DNA from: Candidatus Binatia bacterium
GTDB lineage: Bacteria; Desulfobacterota; Binatia; Bin18
Assembly (NCBI GenBank): GCA_963666315.2
Contig: CAXXHG010000030.1
Location: 1-64,000 of the forward strand
Direction: 5' to 3'
DNA: 64,000 nucleotides
Part shown: piece by piece, positions 59,974-64,000 of the stretch
How the letters are laid out: each line of letters opens with the position of its first letter
How positions within the stretch are numbered: the stretch's first letter is position 1
Program-made: the position numbers and the translations under genes
The notes under the pieces: model-generated
The model's input: only the letters and a program-made list of their open reading frames with translations
What the model was told of the DNA's origin: nothing
Database searches by the model: none

Positions 59974-60732
59974 ATGCCGAAAGCTCCACAACCCCTGCCA
60001 AAAGCTCCGCAGCGCTCCAAAAAGCGCAAAAAGCGGATGGGCAATCCACGCATTGCTCATCCGGCAACGATCCGCGCCCTTCAGCGCCGCCTCATTGCCT
60101 GGTACAAGCGGCATGGACGAGATTTACCCTGGCGCCGCACGCGTGACCCATACGCGATTCTCGTCTCTGAGGTCATGCTGCAGCAAACCCAGGTCCAACG
60201 GGCTCTGCTGTACTATGAGAAATTCTTGGAAAAGTATCCCACTGCAGAAGAACTTGCCAAGGCGGACGAACCCCAAGTGCGTGAGGCCTGGGAAGGGTTG
60301 GGCTATTATGCCCGGGCGCGCAACCTCCAACGTACGACCCAACAGATCGTCATCCAATATAAGGGCAAGTTTCCGCGCAAACCAGAAGAACTCGCAAAAC
60401 TACCAGGAATCGGCCCCTATACCGCAGGGGCGGTATCGAGTTTCGCCTTCCATAAGGATGCGGCGATTCTTGATACCAATGCAGGCCGTGTTCTGCAACG
60501 ATTTTTTGCACTCGGCCCACGCCAACAAACGCCGCATTTTCTATGGATAGTCGCCCGTCAGGTTACTCCCCCAGGGCAAGCCCACCTCTTCAATCAGGCC
60601 ATTATGGATATTGGGGCAACAATCTGTACCGCACGCACGCCCCATTGTCCCAAGTGCCCACTCCGCCCGGTGTGTCGGAGTGTCGATACGGCGAGTTCCT
60701 CAAATTCTGCAAGTTCTACAGGCTTGGTTTGA
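59974..60732 (+). CDS. mutY: A/G-specific adenine glycosylase, short form
   Basis: RDLPWR, SEVMLQQT, GLGYYARARNL, LPGIGPYTA, CX6CX2CX5C. Confidence 0.9.
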   Translation: MPKAPQPLPKAPQRSKKRKKRMGNPRIAHPATIRALQRRLIAWYKRHGRDLPWRRTRDPYAILVSEVMLQQTQVQRALLYYEKFLEKYPTAEELAKADEPQVREAWEGLGYYARARNLQRTTQQIVIQYKGKFPRKPEELAKLPGIGPYTAGAVSSFAFHKDAAILDTNAGRVLQRFFALGPRQQTPHFLWIVARQVTPPGQAHLFNQAIMDIGATICTARTPHCPKCPLRPVCRSVDTASSSNSASSTGLV

Positions 60733-60757
60733 CGCTCTCTGGGTTCTCCCGTATACT
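60729..60757 (+). promoter_or_regulatory. sigma70-type promoter for kdsB-pyrG-kdsA
   Basis: TTGACG-N17-TATACT. Confidence 0.65.
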
Positions 60758-60810
60758 AGCCTCCCAACGGCCCGGGATCTTCACTAGGCGGGCCATGAGG
60801 TTACCCGAGC

Positions 60811-64000
<3,190 letters not shown>

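Overview
Chromosomal window of a Gram-negative bacterium of roughly 55% GC (estimated by eye). Gene content suggests a deltaproteobacterial or Ca. Binatia-like, possibly marine organism (inference only). Main blocks in order: a sigma54-driven orphan protein with an internal duplication; an HpaB-family flavoenzyme; a Phd-VapC TA pair; ilvE, Rieske ferredoxin, leucine dehydrogenase and a YgfZ-like gene; an amidohydrolase, two enoyl-CoA hydratases and an acyl-CoA ligase bracketed by two desulforedoxin-like mini-proteins that the ORF track misses; bolA-grxD; a predicted lanthanide-type PQQ dehydrogenase cluster divergent from a cupredoxin-like lipoprotein plus alternative complex III (actABCDEF); hicBA; an RRM protein; an AHL-lactonase-family hydrolase; pqqABCDE; a decayed accessory patch with an attC-like site; Nramp; a CoA-transferase; the mrp antiporter plus a Na+-pyrophosphatase; two ArnT-like transferases; short mutY; kdsB-pyrG-kdsA. 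About ten frameshifts and seven in-frame stops are scattered through otherwise intact genes. This most likely reflects low consensus accuracy, so pseudogene status and single-base oddities are uncertain. Best candidates for undescribed biology are the Cys4 mini-protein/acyl-CoA module (9541-14606) and the PQQ dehydrogenase-ACIII coupling (15635-28677). All family calls come from motif recognition; no database search was run.
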